From NCBI GenBank assembly GCA_009602725.1, contig WELB01000005.1, forward strand, positions 705,109 through 769,108: 64,000 nt of DNA. The letters run 5' to 3'. The stretch's first letter is position 1. Each line of letters starts with the position of its first letter. This document shows, one piece after another, positions 1 through 13,200 of the stretch. The position numbers and the translations under genes are program-made. The notes below the pieces were generated by a model. It saw nothing but the letters and a program-made list of their open reading frames with translations. It did not search any database and had not been told where the DNA came from. The DNA is from Spirogloea muscicola (taxonomy: Eukaryota).

Positions 1-364
1 GGCCATGCTAGATTGTCCTGGTCAGTCATCAGCACTTACTGTACCATGGACCCCTTCAAAGAGCTAGTTCCATGACTGTAGCTGCAACTCGTATTGCAGA
101 GACTTCTCGGCAGAGTTGTGTTGAGATGATTGCACTAGCATAGGCCCTTGGTGCTCCCTGCTACAAAGACTATGCCCAACACTCGTTGTGCCCAGCGTGT
201 GTGCCGCTCTTGCTGTCTATCTCACGGTGTACAAGATTTCAACCATGTGAAATCGTCACACATTGTGTCCTGTAAAAGGCCAGTCACAGTCGCACGACGC
301 TGGCCTCGAGTGTGCTGACAATCAAGTGTGCAGCGAGGATCCAGGAGCCTCCTTGGTACCCTTT

Positions 365-790
365 TCTGAGCAAATCAGAGGGACTAAGTAGGAAAAGCAG
401 GACTGTGGCTGAGACACACAAGCAGCTGCTAGGCCACCACCAGGTAGAGCACGGCCAGCACGCAGATGCAAGGCGTGGGCCATGGACCCCTGGAGTGATA
501 TGGACAGGCGCATGCGAAACACCTGCGCTAGCGAGCTAGCGGCATTGGTGTCGGCCTGCTCGCCGCGAAACTGCGGGACACAGCGCGTCGCGCAAGCCGG
601 GCCAACAGAGGTCAAGCAACTGAGACCCGAGAAACCCGTGCACATCCAAGGCCAGTGGGGCGACAGGGGGTATTGAGCACCCAGTGGCCACTTGACTCGC
701 TATGTGCTTTGAGGCTTTTCTGGCCCCTTCCGAACTCGGCATATTCTATTTCGTCGGCTGGCCAATCACAGCCATCGCCCTGAACTGGCA
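365..790. mobile_element. CRE-like non-LTR retrotransposon remnants: ORF C-terminus on minus (365-595) and 3' UTR on plus (660-790)
   Basis: Minus translation AASSLAQVFRMRLSISLQGSMAHALHLRAGRAL matches the copies at 26020-26685 and 30280-30493. The plus piece has GY-stop and the GGCTG-N8-CAGCC hairpin at 766-773 onward, and matches 9530-9660. Confidence 0.8.
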
Positions 791-893
791 GGGTCGTTCT
801 CCCGTTTGATATCAGCGGCGCAGTCTGTCTTCCTTTGCCCCCAATGCAACCTCGCCCGATAGTCCCCCTGCGCCTGCGCGCCTGCAGCCCGCC

Positions 894-3800
894 ATGGCGG
901 CGCGCGGCGCGTGGCTGCTCGCGCGCGCCNCACCGCCGCCGCCGCCGCCGTCGCCGCCTCGGCGCTGCTCACAGGTCCGCCCCTCGTCCGTGCCCGCTGC
1001 GGCCTCCCTGCTGCCGGCATACCCTGCTGCGCAGTCCATGTCAGAGGGCTGTGCTGATGCCGGCTGCGGAGGCGGCAGCAGCAGCCGACGCTGCCAGCCG
1101 AGGCAACAGCTGCCCCTCCTTGGTCTCGCGCTTCCATCTCTCAACGCTGACTCCCCTGCGAAAGCCCCTTGTAGTGTGACACACGCGGCCATTTGGCAAA
1201 TTCACATGAAGATGGATTGGCGTGGCTTCCGCGTCGGTGAGCTCGTCAGATAGAGCCATCTGTAGCCCCTTCACTGTAGTCGCACGCGCTCGCGTAGCTT
1301 AGCATTGAGTCGCTGGCCCTGATTTGCCCCATCCACGGAACTACCATGGGCTTTAAGACACCAGGAGACAGGAAGTGGCTGGACATAAATTGGTCAACGT
1401 CGTCGCCCTGCATACTGACGTTGTCCACTTGATAGCAATTGCTGCTCGCAATGGCTACTCCATTCACATTCTCTTTGCCAGTACCTTGGCAGCTGTGTGT
1501 CTATAGTGAGCCGAGAGCCTGCATTCATATGGACGCCCTCTGTTTCTGCGGCAAAGGCTTTGACGCATCTAAGTCCAACGCCTTTGCCTGCTTGGCATCC
1601 GTACTGATATTTTGGCTCGTGAAGGGGGCTATTTGAGGTTCAACCCAGGGCTAAGTTGCTCAAAGAAGCACACGGTCCGACACGAACTGACCACGCTGCC
1701 GTCTAAGAAGGTCATTCATATGGTCAATCACTGCAAGTAATCTGTCGGGCCGGTAACGGTGTTCTGAGGAGGGGTTTGGTTGATGACCACAATTGCAGGC
1801 GGCCACAAGCACCCTCCGCCGCGCGTGTTGATTGTGCTAGCAGAGGAGTTGCCGCCGCGCCATACACAGCTGGATGCTCTCCGCGGCAGCAGGTACTATC
1901 TCAGCTCCCCGCAGAGGTTGCCAATTGCCTACTAAGGTTCTGCACAGCAATGCAGAGCTTGGCTTTGCCCCTAAATGACACAGTGAGCAGTAGATCCTGA
2001 TTTCGGTCTTTTGAAGTTCGAGTCTTTGAGTCTACAGTCTGAAGCTTAGAGGACCAATGCAATGCAGTGGTGCATTTCACGATGACTCTTAAAGTCAGAA
2101 AGGGCCGCTGAGGAGCCTGGATTAGGGCAGCCAAGCGATTGATTGCAGTATTTCAATAAGCAAGGCGCTCCATCTTACCTCGCAGAACCAGAGGGAGTTC
2201 GTCTCCATCTGATCTACTGAAATCTCAGTGGCCTGTTGTCTGAGAGCAGCCAGGTGCGTCCCTTCGATGTCGTTGTCATTGGGGGAGGTGCCACCGGCAG
2301 TGGCGTGGCTGTGGATGCTGCAACCAGGTCAGGCCCCACTGTTCGTATGACATATACCAGAGCTGGATCTTACATGGCTACTTGCTTCTGCAGCTTCATG
2401 TGGGAAGAGGTGGTGTGCACGTTGTGCTCCGAGCTTGGTAGGAGCTCGCACAAATACATGCAGTCGAGAGTGTGGTGTTCCCGAGTACTTCTTGCCTGAG
2501 TACTGGCCTGAGGTCGCTGAGAGGTCAAAGCTGGGGTTCTGGAAAGGCTGTGATAGACTTCTGCTATGCTTGCTACTGCACTTACGAGCGAGCTGCAGGG
2601 GCCTTCATGTGGCTCTGGTGGAGCGTGAGGACTTTGGAGCGGGGACTTCCTCGCGTAGTACCAAGCTCGTCCATGGAGGTTGTCACTCATGAGCAGACTT
2701 AGCAGGAGCTAAGGTCATGCAGTACTTTAACTTATGTCGACCTCGTCGATGAGTAAAATGTCAAAATATGTTGCTCATAAATAGTCGTGTCCATCAGGGG
2801 TCAGGTACCTAGAGAAAGCGTTCTTCCAGCTGGACTTGGGCCAGTTGAAGCTCGTCTACCACGCGCTTGCTGAGCGGGCAAATATACTGAGGAACGCTCC
2901 CCACCTGACCTCAGCTCTGCCTACAATGACGCCCTGCTACTCCTGGTGGCAGGTGCCCTACTATTGGGCGGGTCTCAAGGTATAAGCTCACATTCATGCT
3001 CTACACGTAGACATAGGTCGCAGTACTTGCAATTGCTTTGGCTGCTGAGCTTCACTTTAAGCTTCATTGAATGTAGATCTTACTTCAACTTTTACATTGT
3101 CAAAATTTATATATGTAATGCACGTAGGTAGCTGAGGCATGAATAAGGTGTACCGAGTTCTCAGGCACATGTGAGATCCTTCAGAGTCAACTTACTTTTC
3201 TAGGGGATACAGGCGTATGACCTGGTGGCAGGGCAGAAGATGCTGCACCTGTCGCGGTTCTGCACAGCCAAGGAGTCGCTTGAGGCGTTCCCCACCCTGG
3301 CTCCAGTAGCCTCCGGGGCCAAGTCCCTCAAGGGCACGGTGGTCTACTATGATGGCCAGATGGATGACTCCAGGCTCAATGTTGCCCTTGCCTGTACGGC
3401 TGCTCTTGCAGTACGTATCACTGCCGCCCTTGCTTGCTGGCCTACTGGCCAGGCAACATCTCATTCTCAAGTTCTAAGGTGTTGCTGGATGATAAAGTAG
3501 CACAGACAAAGTGTCGCTCTCTTGACTCGCCCTTTTAAATTCTTCACTTGCTTTGGTCCCTTCACTTGCTTTGTAGCATGTCTAGGCCTTCAACCACAGT
3601 TTCTGCTGATTATAAGCGGCTTTGAAGGCCAGCCAAGTGTGTACTTGACTGAGTGCACAGTGCTTCTGCATCACACCAGTGTAGGTTTGAGCTAGGGAGG
3701 GCCGCTCAATACCCTTGTCAGCAGGGTTGGGCAGATAGGGCAAGAGGGGTAGTGCAAAGGCAGCGCTTGCCAAGTATAAGTAGCAGCAGTAAGCGGCGAA

Positions 3801-5845
3801 GCAGATTGTTGCTCACACCTGTGTGCTTGTCTCTATACTAGCAATTCATGCACTCAACATTTGCTGCTGGTAGGGTGCAGCGGTACTGAACCATGCGGAG
3901 GTTATTGGGCTTCACAAGAATGATATGACTGGCACAGTGAACGGCGTCCAAGTCCGTGACTGTCTTGGTGGAGGAGTTTTCAGTGTCTATGCCAAGGTTG
4001 TCATCAACGCGGCAGGACCCTTTTGTGACAGGTAATTTTTGACACATTTGGCTTGTGCACTCCCACTAAGGCATGTAAGAGTGCTGGACCCTTACAGTCT
4101 GTGTTATCAGAGTATCACAGTAAGAGCAAGGCCAATCCCATAAGGCATGACGTGATGCCACTGACAACCACTTACCTTGATCCTCAAGCTGACCTGTCCG
4201 CTTGATGCCAGCGTGCGGCAGATGGCAGACCCCAATGCACCACCTATGATTGAGGGCAGCTCAGGAGTACATGTTGTACTGCCAGATTACTACAGCCCTA
4301 TCAATATGGGCTTGATTGTGCCCAAAACAAAAGATGGGCGAGTGGTTTTCATGCTTCCATGGCTAGGCAAGACTTTAGCAGGCACCACAGACTCCAGTGC
4401 TGCTATCACAATGCGGCCAGAGCCCAAGGAAGATGAGATTGACTTCATCCTTGATGCCATAGGTGATTACCTCACAGTGAAGGTAAGACTGCACCTGATC
4501 CCTCCTGGTACAGGAGATGTTGGTGTAGGTAACAAACGAACTGATGAAGGAGAATGAGTATAACTGTGTATCTGCAGTCAGCAAGCTGCTGCCATAACCT
4601 TCTCGGTTTTGTGCTGGACCTTCTTCGTTATCAAAGGACAACGATCTCCCCTGTGTGCCTGGCTTCAGGTGAGACGGTCGGACGTGCTGTCTGCATGGAG
4701 TGGCATTCGCCCGCTGGCCACTGATCCCAATGTATTAGAGACGGCCAATATATTGAGGGATCATGTGATAACTGTGGGTGATGACAAACTTGTAACCGTC
4801 ACAGGCGGCAAGTGGACCACGTATCGCAGGTAAGATCAATGTGCAATGCTCAGTACCTGACATAACCTGCCCGATGATGCACAGGCTTGGTGTCAAGTGG
4901 GTCAATAATCAGCTGCTCTTGTGTCTCCCAGCTACTGATTAAGTCATCTTGTTGGTCGTTGTCGGGCAGCATGGCTGAAGATGCACTGGATGCAGCCATC
5001 AAGGCAGGCCGCTTGGAGCCCTCAAGCCACTGTGTCACAGAGCACGTGCCCTTGGTGGGTGCTGAGGACTACACACCGGTGCTCTTCACGCAGCTTACGC
5101 AGCAGTATGTACGCATGAAGAGATCCAGGCTATCTAACCGGCTCGTACCCGGCATCATGGACACTGCCGCTGCCAGTCACCTGGCGCGGGCTTATGGAGA
5201 TCGAGCACATGTAGTGGCCCGCATTGCCCAGGTTTGAATTGTCTTACAGCTATTGATCTTGTTGGAGGATTGCTCTCATTGATGTGCTCAGAAGTAGAGC
5301 CAGTGAGGTCTTGCTTGAAGCAGCCAATCTTGACGACAAAAGAGCAACGTTTCTGCTCTCACAGGGTGCTCAAGGTCCAATGATGAGGGACTATTATCAA
5401 TGACGAGTGTCCTCGTTTCGCTACCAGTCTCTCAGTCTCGATGATACAGTGAGTGCTGAAGGTGTAGCCAAGACCTGATTAACAGATATTAAAGTGAGAT
5501 TCCATGTGTATCTGCTTTTTGCAGAATGAGGGCCTCGGGAAGAGGCTAGCTCACGGCTACCCTGTCCTTGAGGCTGAGGTAGCATACACGGCAAGGCAGG
5601 AGTATTGCGAGACAGCTGTGGATTTTCTAGCGAGAAGGTCTCGGCTGGCCTTCCTGGACACACATGCAGCTAGCACTGCACTGCCCCGCATTGTTGAGAT
5701 TCTGGCAGCTGAGCGTCACTGGGGGAGCAGGAGACAGAAGGAAGAGCTGGCAGAAGGCGCCAAGTTTCTGAGGACATTCAAAGCAGCGGAGAATGCAAAC
5801 TTTTTGGATGGAAAGCATGGCCTTGGCCATCTCTGGCCTTTATGA
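894..5845 (+). CDS. SDP6: Mitochondrial FAD-dependent glycerol-3-phosphate dehydrogenase, multi-exon (about 11 exons)
   Basis: Ordered exons encode [22 protein letters not shown] (2260-2327), [27 protein letters not shown] (2599-2678), [15 protein letters not shown] (2798-2980), [15 protein letters not shown] (3213-3410), [11 protein letters not shown] (3873-4031), [19 protein letters not shown] (4212-4481), [17 protein letters not shown] (4669-4828), MAEDALD (4969-5231) and [19 protein letters not shown] (5525-5845, TGA). GT-AG boundaries. The start at 894 is inferred; an N at 930 obscures the exon 1 frame. Confidence 0.95.
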
Positions 5846-6251
5846 TCTGTAGCATAATTGTTCATGCAGTGGAGCACTCTCAGCGGTGTGTCCTCTTGCA
5901 GAAGACCAGGGGTATGTATACAACTGCCAGATGGCACCCGTTGACTCCAGATAGGATTACACCTGCTGGCTGACTTCGAGCAGAGGTAGAGAATGAAGGA
6001 ATAAGCATCCAATCTGGATGCGTCTGTGCAGATTGACATGCTGGGGCCGCTATCTATGACATTTCTGGACCTACACAATCAGTCGCTGATCTACATACAT
6101 GTAGCCGTATGCTTGAGGACGTCTGTAGGACTGGCTGTCGCCCAGAGGCAGGAGGAGCAACATGAACAGGAGCAAGAGCTCATCAACTAAATTACTGCTC
6201 AACCTCTACCTAGTGTGCAATCCTGACAGATGTAAGCAAAGACTAGCGGAG

Positions 6252-7468
6252 TCACGTAGCTCTGCTGCGTCCACTGCCTGAAACCTCCAAGAGGCCTCGA
6301 CTTTGCACAGCCAGCTGCCTCCTTTGGATGTCCTCCTTGAGTTCCTCCTGCCGCCTCCTGGTCTGCTCCTCGTCAAAAATCTTTACCGGCAGCCAGTCAG
6401 GCCACCTCCACGTGTTGCCCTCGTGTGAATGTTGACCAGGGACTTCGTCAGACAACATGGCAGTCAGGTGCCGCAGGCGCATCTCCTGAAGCTCTAAGTA
6501 GCCCCACTGAGCTCCGGTTCCCACGCCCGCAAACAACAAGGCCATAGGCAGCATACGAGCTCGACCACCTGTCATTGACCAAGCCGACAAGAATCGCGCC
6601 TCTGTAAGACTGGAGAGCTGAGGGTGCATTGCAGAGAATTTTTACATGGTTCCGCGAAGGTACAGCCTGCACTGCAACTCCTGCTCTGCTTTCTCATCAT
6701 ACATTCAGAAGAACACTGACACTTTCTTATATGGAAGGCATATCCTCTCTGATGAGTCATCACCACCACCTTATGCAATGAGGCTGCTGCACCATCATGC
6801 AAAGAGCTTTGGGGACGTGTCCGCAAGCATCGTGTGCTTGCAGACATTGCTTCACCACTAGTACCTTGAATGCCACCAAGGGCTGCTCCGCTGGCAAGAC
6901 CGGCCAGGAAACTGTCGCCCAAATTGTTGGGCTGAGTAAATCGCAGTTCCCGTACTACCTCTTGCATGGCTGCATCATCCAGGTTCAACGTTGCTGTGTG
7001 TGACGCAAGAATGGCAATGCCACTCGCAACTCTTTCCAGCAGCCACAGCGTGTCACGGTGGGCAGGCAGCAGCTGGCACCAATGCCTAAAGTGGCACAAG
7101 AGGAAGCCTGTGCCAGCAGAGAGCTCCTAAGTAGTAACACCAACAAGACTTGCTTACCAGAAAACATGGCCGTGGCAATGACGAAGTTTGAGGCGACGGC
7201 AGCAGTTGCAGGCGCCAGAGCCCTTCCGTGAAGTGCGCCGCCCACGAGGCCACAGCCCAGCCCCGCAACAGCTGCGACAAGCAAAGCCATGCCCGCGAAT
7301 GGACGAGCACACCGTGCTGTGGGCCCATGGCAGCGAAGCCGCACCTCTGGCTGCACATGGCGAAGCAGGGCCAAGAGGGGGCTCACCGCCGGCAACGGTG
7401 CGGCCGAGGATGCGGGCCTGCCAGCCCGCGCTGCCGTCGTAGTCAGCCGGCCGCCGGTGTGCCGCCAT
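6252..7468 (-). CDS. Tim17/Tim22/Tim23 (PRAT) family membrane protein, 4 exons
   Basis: Spliced reading MAAHRRPADYDGSAGWQARILGRTVAG / AVAGLGCGLVGGALHG..ASNFVIATAMFS / AMQEVVRELRFTQPNNLGDSFLAGLASGAALGGIQ / GGRARMLPMALLFAGVGTGAQW..WPDWLPVKIFDEE. Four Gly-rich hydrophobic segments and consistent phase-1 introns. Family call is from motif recognition. Confidence 0.75.
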
Positions 7469-7714
7469 GCCCAGCTCAGGCTCGGCGGCAGGGCAGGGCT
7501 GTGGCCCCGGCGTTGCCGCGGGATGGCGGCAGTAGGGGGAAGGGGTGTCACAGGCAAGCAGCACTACGACATCAGTGCTGCTTGCACCAAGGGCGGCGGA
7601 TGTCGTCGCAGCGCCACCCGCCGCCGCCGGGGGCCGGCTTCTGTTGCTGGTGCTGTTGCTGTTGCTGTAAGAAAAGTGGCAGTGTGGCACAACAGCCAGC
7701 CCGAAAAGTGAGGT

Positions 7715-9665
7715 CGAGAAGAAAGAAGAAAGTGCTCGCCCATCGAAGAGGGGCTGGCAAAGTCAGCCCAAAAAGAATGAATGAACAGTGGAAGTGACCT
7801 CTTCCAAAGGGCAAGGAAGATTTCGTATATTTGAAACAAACTAAGGCCAAATGGCCAAGTACAAAGGCAAGCACATCTTAAGACCTACATAACCTACAAA
7901 AGATTGACCCGCTCAGTAACCACAGGTCAAAACATGAAGGTCGCTAACCGATGCCTGAATACTAGATGGCAGATACGAAAGAAAAGCGCGCCCATAGAAA
8001 AGAGGGGCAGATACGAAGCCCTTCTGCCACCAACTAGAGCTCGCCCAGCTTTCTGGTGCAAAGCATTAGCCTGAGCACTCTGCAAACAGGCTGAAACTCG
8101 GCGTCGCAAGAACGACAGATATGCTGGCAAGCCCATCTCAGCCGGGAACACATCTGCATGTCGTGTGTAGCCTAGATTAAGAAGAAGTGGCTCTCCCAAT
8201 GGGGCCAAGGGCAGTCGCTGCTTAGCTCGTAGTTTGGCCCCTTCGAACTTTGTCAATTCTTTTCGGGCTGGCTTCTCACAGCCCTTGCCCCCATTGGGAG
8301 AGCCACTTCTTCAAGGGCTGTGAGAAGCCAGCCCGACAAGAATTGACAAGGTTCGAAGGGGCCAAACTACGAGCTATGCAGCGACTGCGGGGCCTGAAGA
8401 GGCTATGGCAGAACGGGGGAGGATGGACCACTCAGTAGTTACGAGTGAGGAGCCTCACATCCGACAGACTAGCTGCCGGAAAATAGATTGGCTATGTTTT
8501 GAAGGAGAGTAAGGAAACGAGGAGCTAAGCTGCCAAAGATGTCGATTGCCGCTGGCAAGAGCTGATCACATCGGGGGTAATCGGAGTAGTGTTGCAACTT
8601 TCTCTGTTCAGCACTGCCCACGCTTCTTCCACTGCGTGGCCAGCGATGTGTGTCAATGCTGGACCTTTATAGGCCTCCGTGACCACAACAGCGACCAAAG
8701 CCCGTGGTCCTCCGCCAGGTTGCACGCCCACAATGTCAAGTGTGCGGCGATGATGACGTCCCTGGGCATCCGTGGTGATAGGCATGATGTTGTTCAAAGG
8801 GGGCGGGGGGTGTGAAAGATGTAAACTTCATCCCAAGGGAATGGAGTGTGCATTGAGTGATGGAGGGCCTGGGTGGCCAAGTACAGAGGCAAGCACATCG
8901 ACGGATGTACATCACCTGCTGCTAAGCTGACCCGCTCGGTAACCACGAGTCAGCACGTAGAGGTCGCTAACTGATGCCCAAATGTCGGACGGCACTTGAC
9001 AAGCCCTTGTGCCACCAACTGGGCCTCAGACAGCTTTCCGGTGCAAACATTAGCCGGAGCTCGCTGCAAACAGGCTGACACACGACATTACACGGCTGCC
9101 GGTAAGTCCACCTCGGCTGGAAGCATATCCTCACGTCGTGCATTTCCTAGACTTGCAATGTTCGTAAGTAGGGTATGAAAGCGAGGACACATGCAGCCAA
9201 AGGTGTCAATTGCGGCTGGTAGGAGGTGATCGCTACGGGGACTAATAGTAGTGCTGCAGCTTTCTCTGTTCTGCACTATCCACTGCGTGGCTAGCAATGT
9301 GGGTTGATGCTGGACTCTTCTATGCCTCCGTCACAAGCAAATCGAGCAAGGCTCGCGGACCTCAAAGGGGGACGAGGGGTTTGAAAAGCCAGCCCAGAAG
9401 GGATTGACAGTGTCCAAGGGCCGAAATAAGGGCTGAGGTTTAGGGATCAAGAGCGCTGGTGGGAGAAGCTCATTTAAGAGGTGACGACCGCTGTAAAAAA
9501 AAAATGCAAGTAACTGAGGAAGACTCTTTCAGAAGAGGGCGATGGCTGTGATTGGCCAGCCCAAAGAAGACAATGAACAAAGTACGAAGGGGCTACAGAA
9601 GCGCTAAAGCATACAGCGACTCAAGTGGTCACTGGGTGCTCAATATCCCCTGTTGAGCAGCCGCA
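7715..9665 (-). mobile_element. Cluster of 5'-truncated CRE-like retrotransposon fragments, mostly minus strand
   Basis: FLRRRVSACLQSAQANALHQKAGRAL (7930-8170), DIVGVQPGGGPRALVAVVVT (8520-8800), DHLLPAAIDTFG (9190-9300). 3' UTR motif CCAGCCC-AAAAGAAT at about 7760, 8325, 9390 and 9555. TTC-rich tails at 7715-7730 and 8179-8187. Confidence 0.8.
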
Positions 9666-10245
9666 GGTCCAAAAACTAGTCTCCGGGTAGCGGGTTAGAA
9701 GAGCTCTTTCTTCTGATCGGGTCCTCGTGTGACCGGTCTGTCAGGCCGCCAGCCTTGGAGGTACCAGCAGAGGAGGAGAGAAAGAAGTGGGCAGTGGTCA
9801 CAAACCACTGCCCACTTCCGTCACAAACGGCCTAGCCCAATGTGAAAGGAGGCGGACACGAGGTGCAGCCTGGCCAGGCAAGGGGGTTGCTCCATGCACA
9901 CCCCTGCTTCAGGCTGCGCCCAGGCCACCCCCCGCATGCCAGGCATGGCTCGCCGCAAACCCTGCAGCATAAGTTGCCGACCACTTTCTGTGCAGCTCCC
10001 TGGCCTTGTAACACTGCTGAATGACACTTACAGACCGGCTCCCTCCTCCCTTCCTGCATAATGAGGTCACCACCAGTGCTTGACTATGACAAGCATTGAC
10101 AGAGTTTCCCGGTAAACAGTCTCAATGCATGATGGTCTTGGATTGCTGCTCTAAGATATATAGACAGCTCTTGCCAATCCTTTGTGTGACCACATACCTA
10201 AGCGCCAAGGCATACAAACACCACGAAGTCAGTGGAATCTCGCGG

Positions 10246-13200
10246 CTAGATGAACGTGCGCAGAAAGACTTCCCTCGCTTCATCATGTCGATGCCTTTTC
10301 TCCACCTCTGCAGCTTCTATAAGATCAGCTTGACTGATCTTCCTCTTCACCTCCTCACGCAGTGCCGCCTGGTCGAGAAACATCAACAAGGTCACATGAC
10401 CGTCAAAACATCATGGCAGTGATGTAAAGGACGTGTTTCTGTCATAAGAAAGTCGTCCTAGCGAGGTGTCACCTTAGCAGCCGCACGAACTGTTGCAGAA
10501 CTGATGGGACTGCTGGTGAATTCGAAACGTCGCCCCAATTCCTCAAAGTCCACATCTTCAGACAGTGGCACCTACACATTCGCATCCTCTAGTGAGCCCG
10601 TATGACTATATGACGACTACTTCCCAAGATGGTACATCAAGATGATGATGGTACTCGCCCAGCCATTGCAAACATGCAGATTGCAGGTAAACCTTTGCAG
10701 GCAGAAGTGTACGCCACATGCGGGCACGAACAGCCGCATCTGGTTGCTTAAACTCAACAACATGCTTCAGCCGCCTGACCAACTCGGAATCCAGACGGTG
10801 AACCATCCCTGCCTGCAGACGTGTGGCGGCTTAATTAGCCAGGTGGCTCCTTCAGAACCAAGAGCTGCACAAAGCCTGATTGTGGCACAGGGGCAGTGTG
10901 ACGCAGCTGTCAAGTCAAACTTGCTGCTGCTACTGCTGCATAGTGGCTAACCTTGCATCCCAGATTCTACTTAGCAAGCATTGAGTTGCATGAACAGCCC
11001 AAGCCGTCCAGCCAGCCTTAAATGTGGAGAAAGACCTGTGCATGATTTGCAATCAAGATGCAGAGCCCCGGAAAGCGCTCAAGCTCATGGAGGACAAGCC
11101 CTATTGCTCGTGGGGCCCAGACAGATACACTGCCAATGCTTCCCTCCTCCTCAGATGCCATTATCTACATGTGAGTAACAGGTCATTAATCAAAGGGAGA
11201 CTCAGGTTGTTGCAGCAATCCATTAGTAGCTTACAAGCACTTGACATGCAAATTACAGCCCTACATTAGCGCACTAGATTTGACCAACCAACCAAAGCAC
11301 CTTCTTGCCTCATAGGAGATTGAGTACATCTCCATGAACTGTGGAGAGAATATGTGAAGGCTGAAGGTGAATTGCACCTGAAAATCGTCAAGAACGAGGA
11401 CAGCATCCATGAGGCGAGCATCTTTGAAGACTGCTCCAATGCTACTGCCCTTTTCTCCACCTTCTCGCACCAGTAGCTGAGCACAATTTACCACCTGGAC
11501 CAATTTGCAATCCAATCGCAATTGAAACTCGGGACAACGAAACTGGCCACAACTAATTAGCTCGACTTGGCTATTTATTAAATGGGCCACAGACGCAATA
11601 TTCACACAAGAGTTCAATATAGTGAATGAATCAGAAATCCACGTATCTATCATGTAATAGCGTAATATGCAGAGGTCTCAAGCAAAGGAGAAGATTGCCT
11701 TGAGTGGCCGACCAAGCTCAAAACCAAGAGCAGCAGCAGCTGACGACTTTCCAGTGCCGTGTGCGCCCCAGAACAAGCACGCCGCCCCAAGGCGGCTGTT
11801 ATCAAACTCCCATTGGCCTACCAGCACCCCCCTGGCCTTCTCAAACTCCACCAATGCCGCCATGCTGGCACGCAAGCTGGTGCTGAGCTGCAGGTTATCG
11901 AGGCCGGTGGTGGGCACCACCCGATGACTGAATGACTTCATCTGCAACAAACACGGGGACAAGGCCAACACCACAGATGTGATGCCCAGGGCTGCTGGGA
12001 ATTGTAGCCAAAACCCAGCGAGTGGCAAAAGGAACGGGCCCAACAGTGGCCAAGTATGAAGCAGAGTGCGTCCCTCGCTCTCAGAGCTCAATACGAAGAT
12101 TTGCCAGGATCGCCAGGCACATCACTTAGACTCATCCAATCAGATGGGGGCTTTCAAAAGCCAGCTGGCCCACTGCATGACTACTGAAAGTTTGACCAGC
12201 TGATTGGTCGTGACCGAGGACCGGAGCTTGCCAAGGCGTACTGACACTGACCACAGGAGGCAAGGAGCAGACACAAACGTAGAGGTGAGCCCATACCTGG
12301 AGGCTGCCCCTCATCTGGAGACTGCACCCCTCCATGATATCAGCCATAGTGACAACAGGCTTGGCAGCATCCCGTGATATAGCTTGCAGGAGAGCACTCA
12401 TTGCTGCATTCTTGATGTAACCTCCTGTCAGCTCGTACCTGTGGGACGACGGGCCCAGCTTTAGCTCTACACTACGACTGACCAAGGTGAATTGCTCCTG
12501 ACAGCAGATTCTTCCAAGTCCATCTCCAGCTATAGTGGGTGATGCTGCTTGCCGGAAGCCAGATGCTCTCTAGTGACTATCACCAACCTCAGGGCTATCA
12601 GGTCCCAGTCAATATCAACACTAAGGGGCAAGCGGGCTGTCACAAGCTTCCAGATCTTCCGCCTCTGTATGTGATCTGGGGGGCGAAACTCACTCACGCA
12701 CCTGGCAGGTGACCAGCAAGGAGCCACTTTACTAAACGAAGTGAGTTTGTAAGTGCAGCTGCTGCTAATCGTAGCTATATGAGATAGCATGCAGGTATTG
12801 CACTGCGATCAACGGCCACCATTTTTGGTACTGACCCAAGCCTAAGAGCCAACTTGTCCATTGACGACAGCCACGCAGCACCTGTATGAACGAACAACAT
12901 AGGCAAATGCTAGTGCAACATCATTGCTTGGCCCTACATTATCCGCCGATGCATGGCTTCGTCAAGATCAAGGGGCCGGTTGGTGGCAAGCATGATAATT
13001 CCTTCGTGCTTCTCAATCTCAGTGAGCAGGGAGCTCAAAATCGCATCTCCCCCTTTCTCCCTCTGAAAATTTGCAGGAAGCAGACAATGAGCGTGCCTTC
13101 AGACTTTCTGCAACTGCAAGACAGCCCGAGCTGCTCATGAATGAAGGACCATAAGCAGGGAAGACATTAGAGCAATGAGCACCTGAGCAAAGATGGCTTC

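Noticed and set aside
5380..5459. Intronic box C/D snoRNA candidate (ATGATGA...CTGA) in SDP6
   Set aside because: No convincing terminal stem or recognisable rRNA/snRNA guide; such box pairs are expected by chance.
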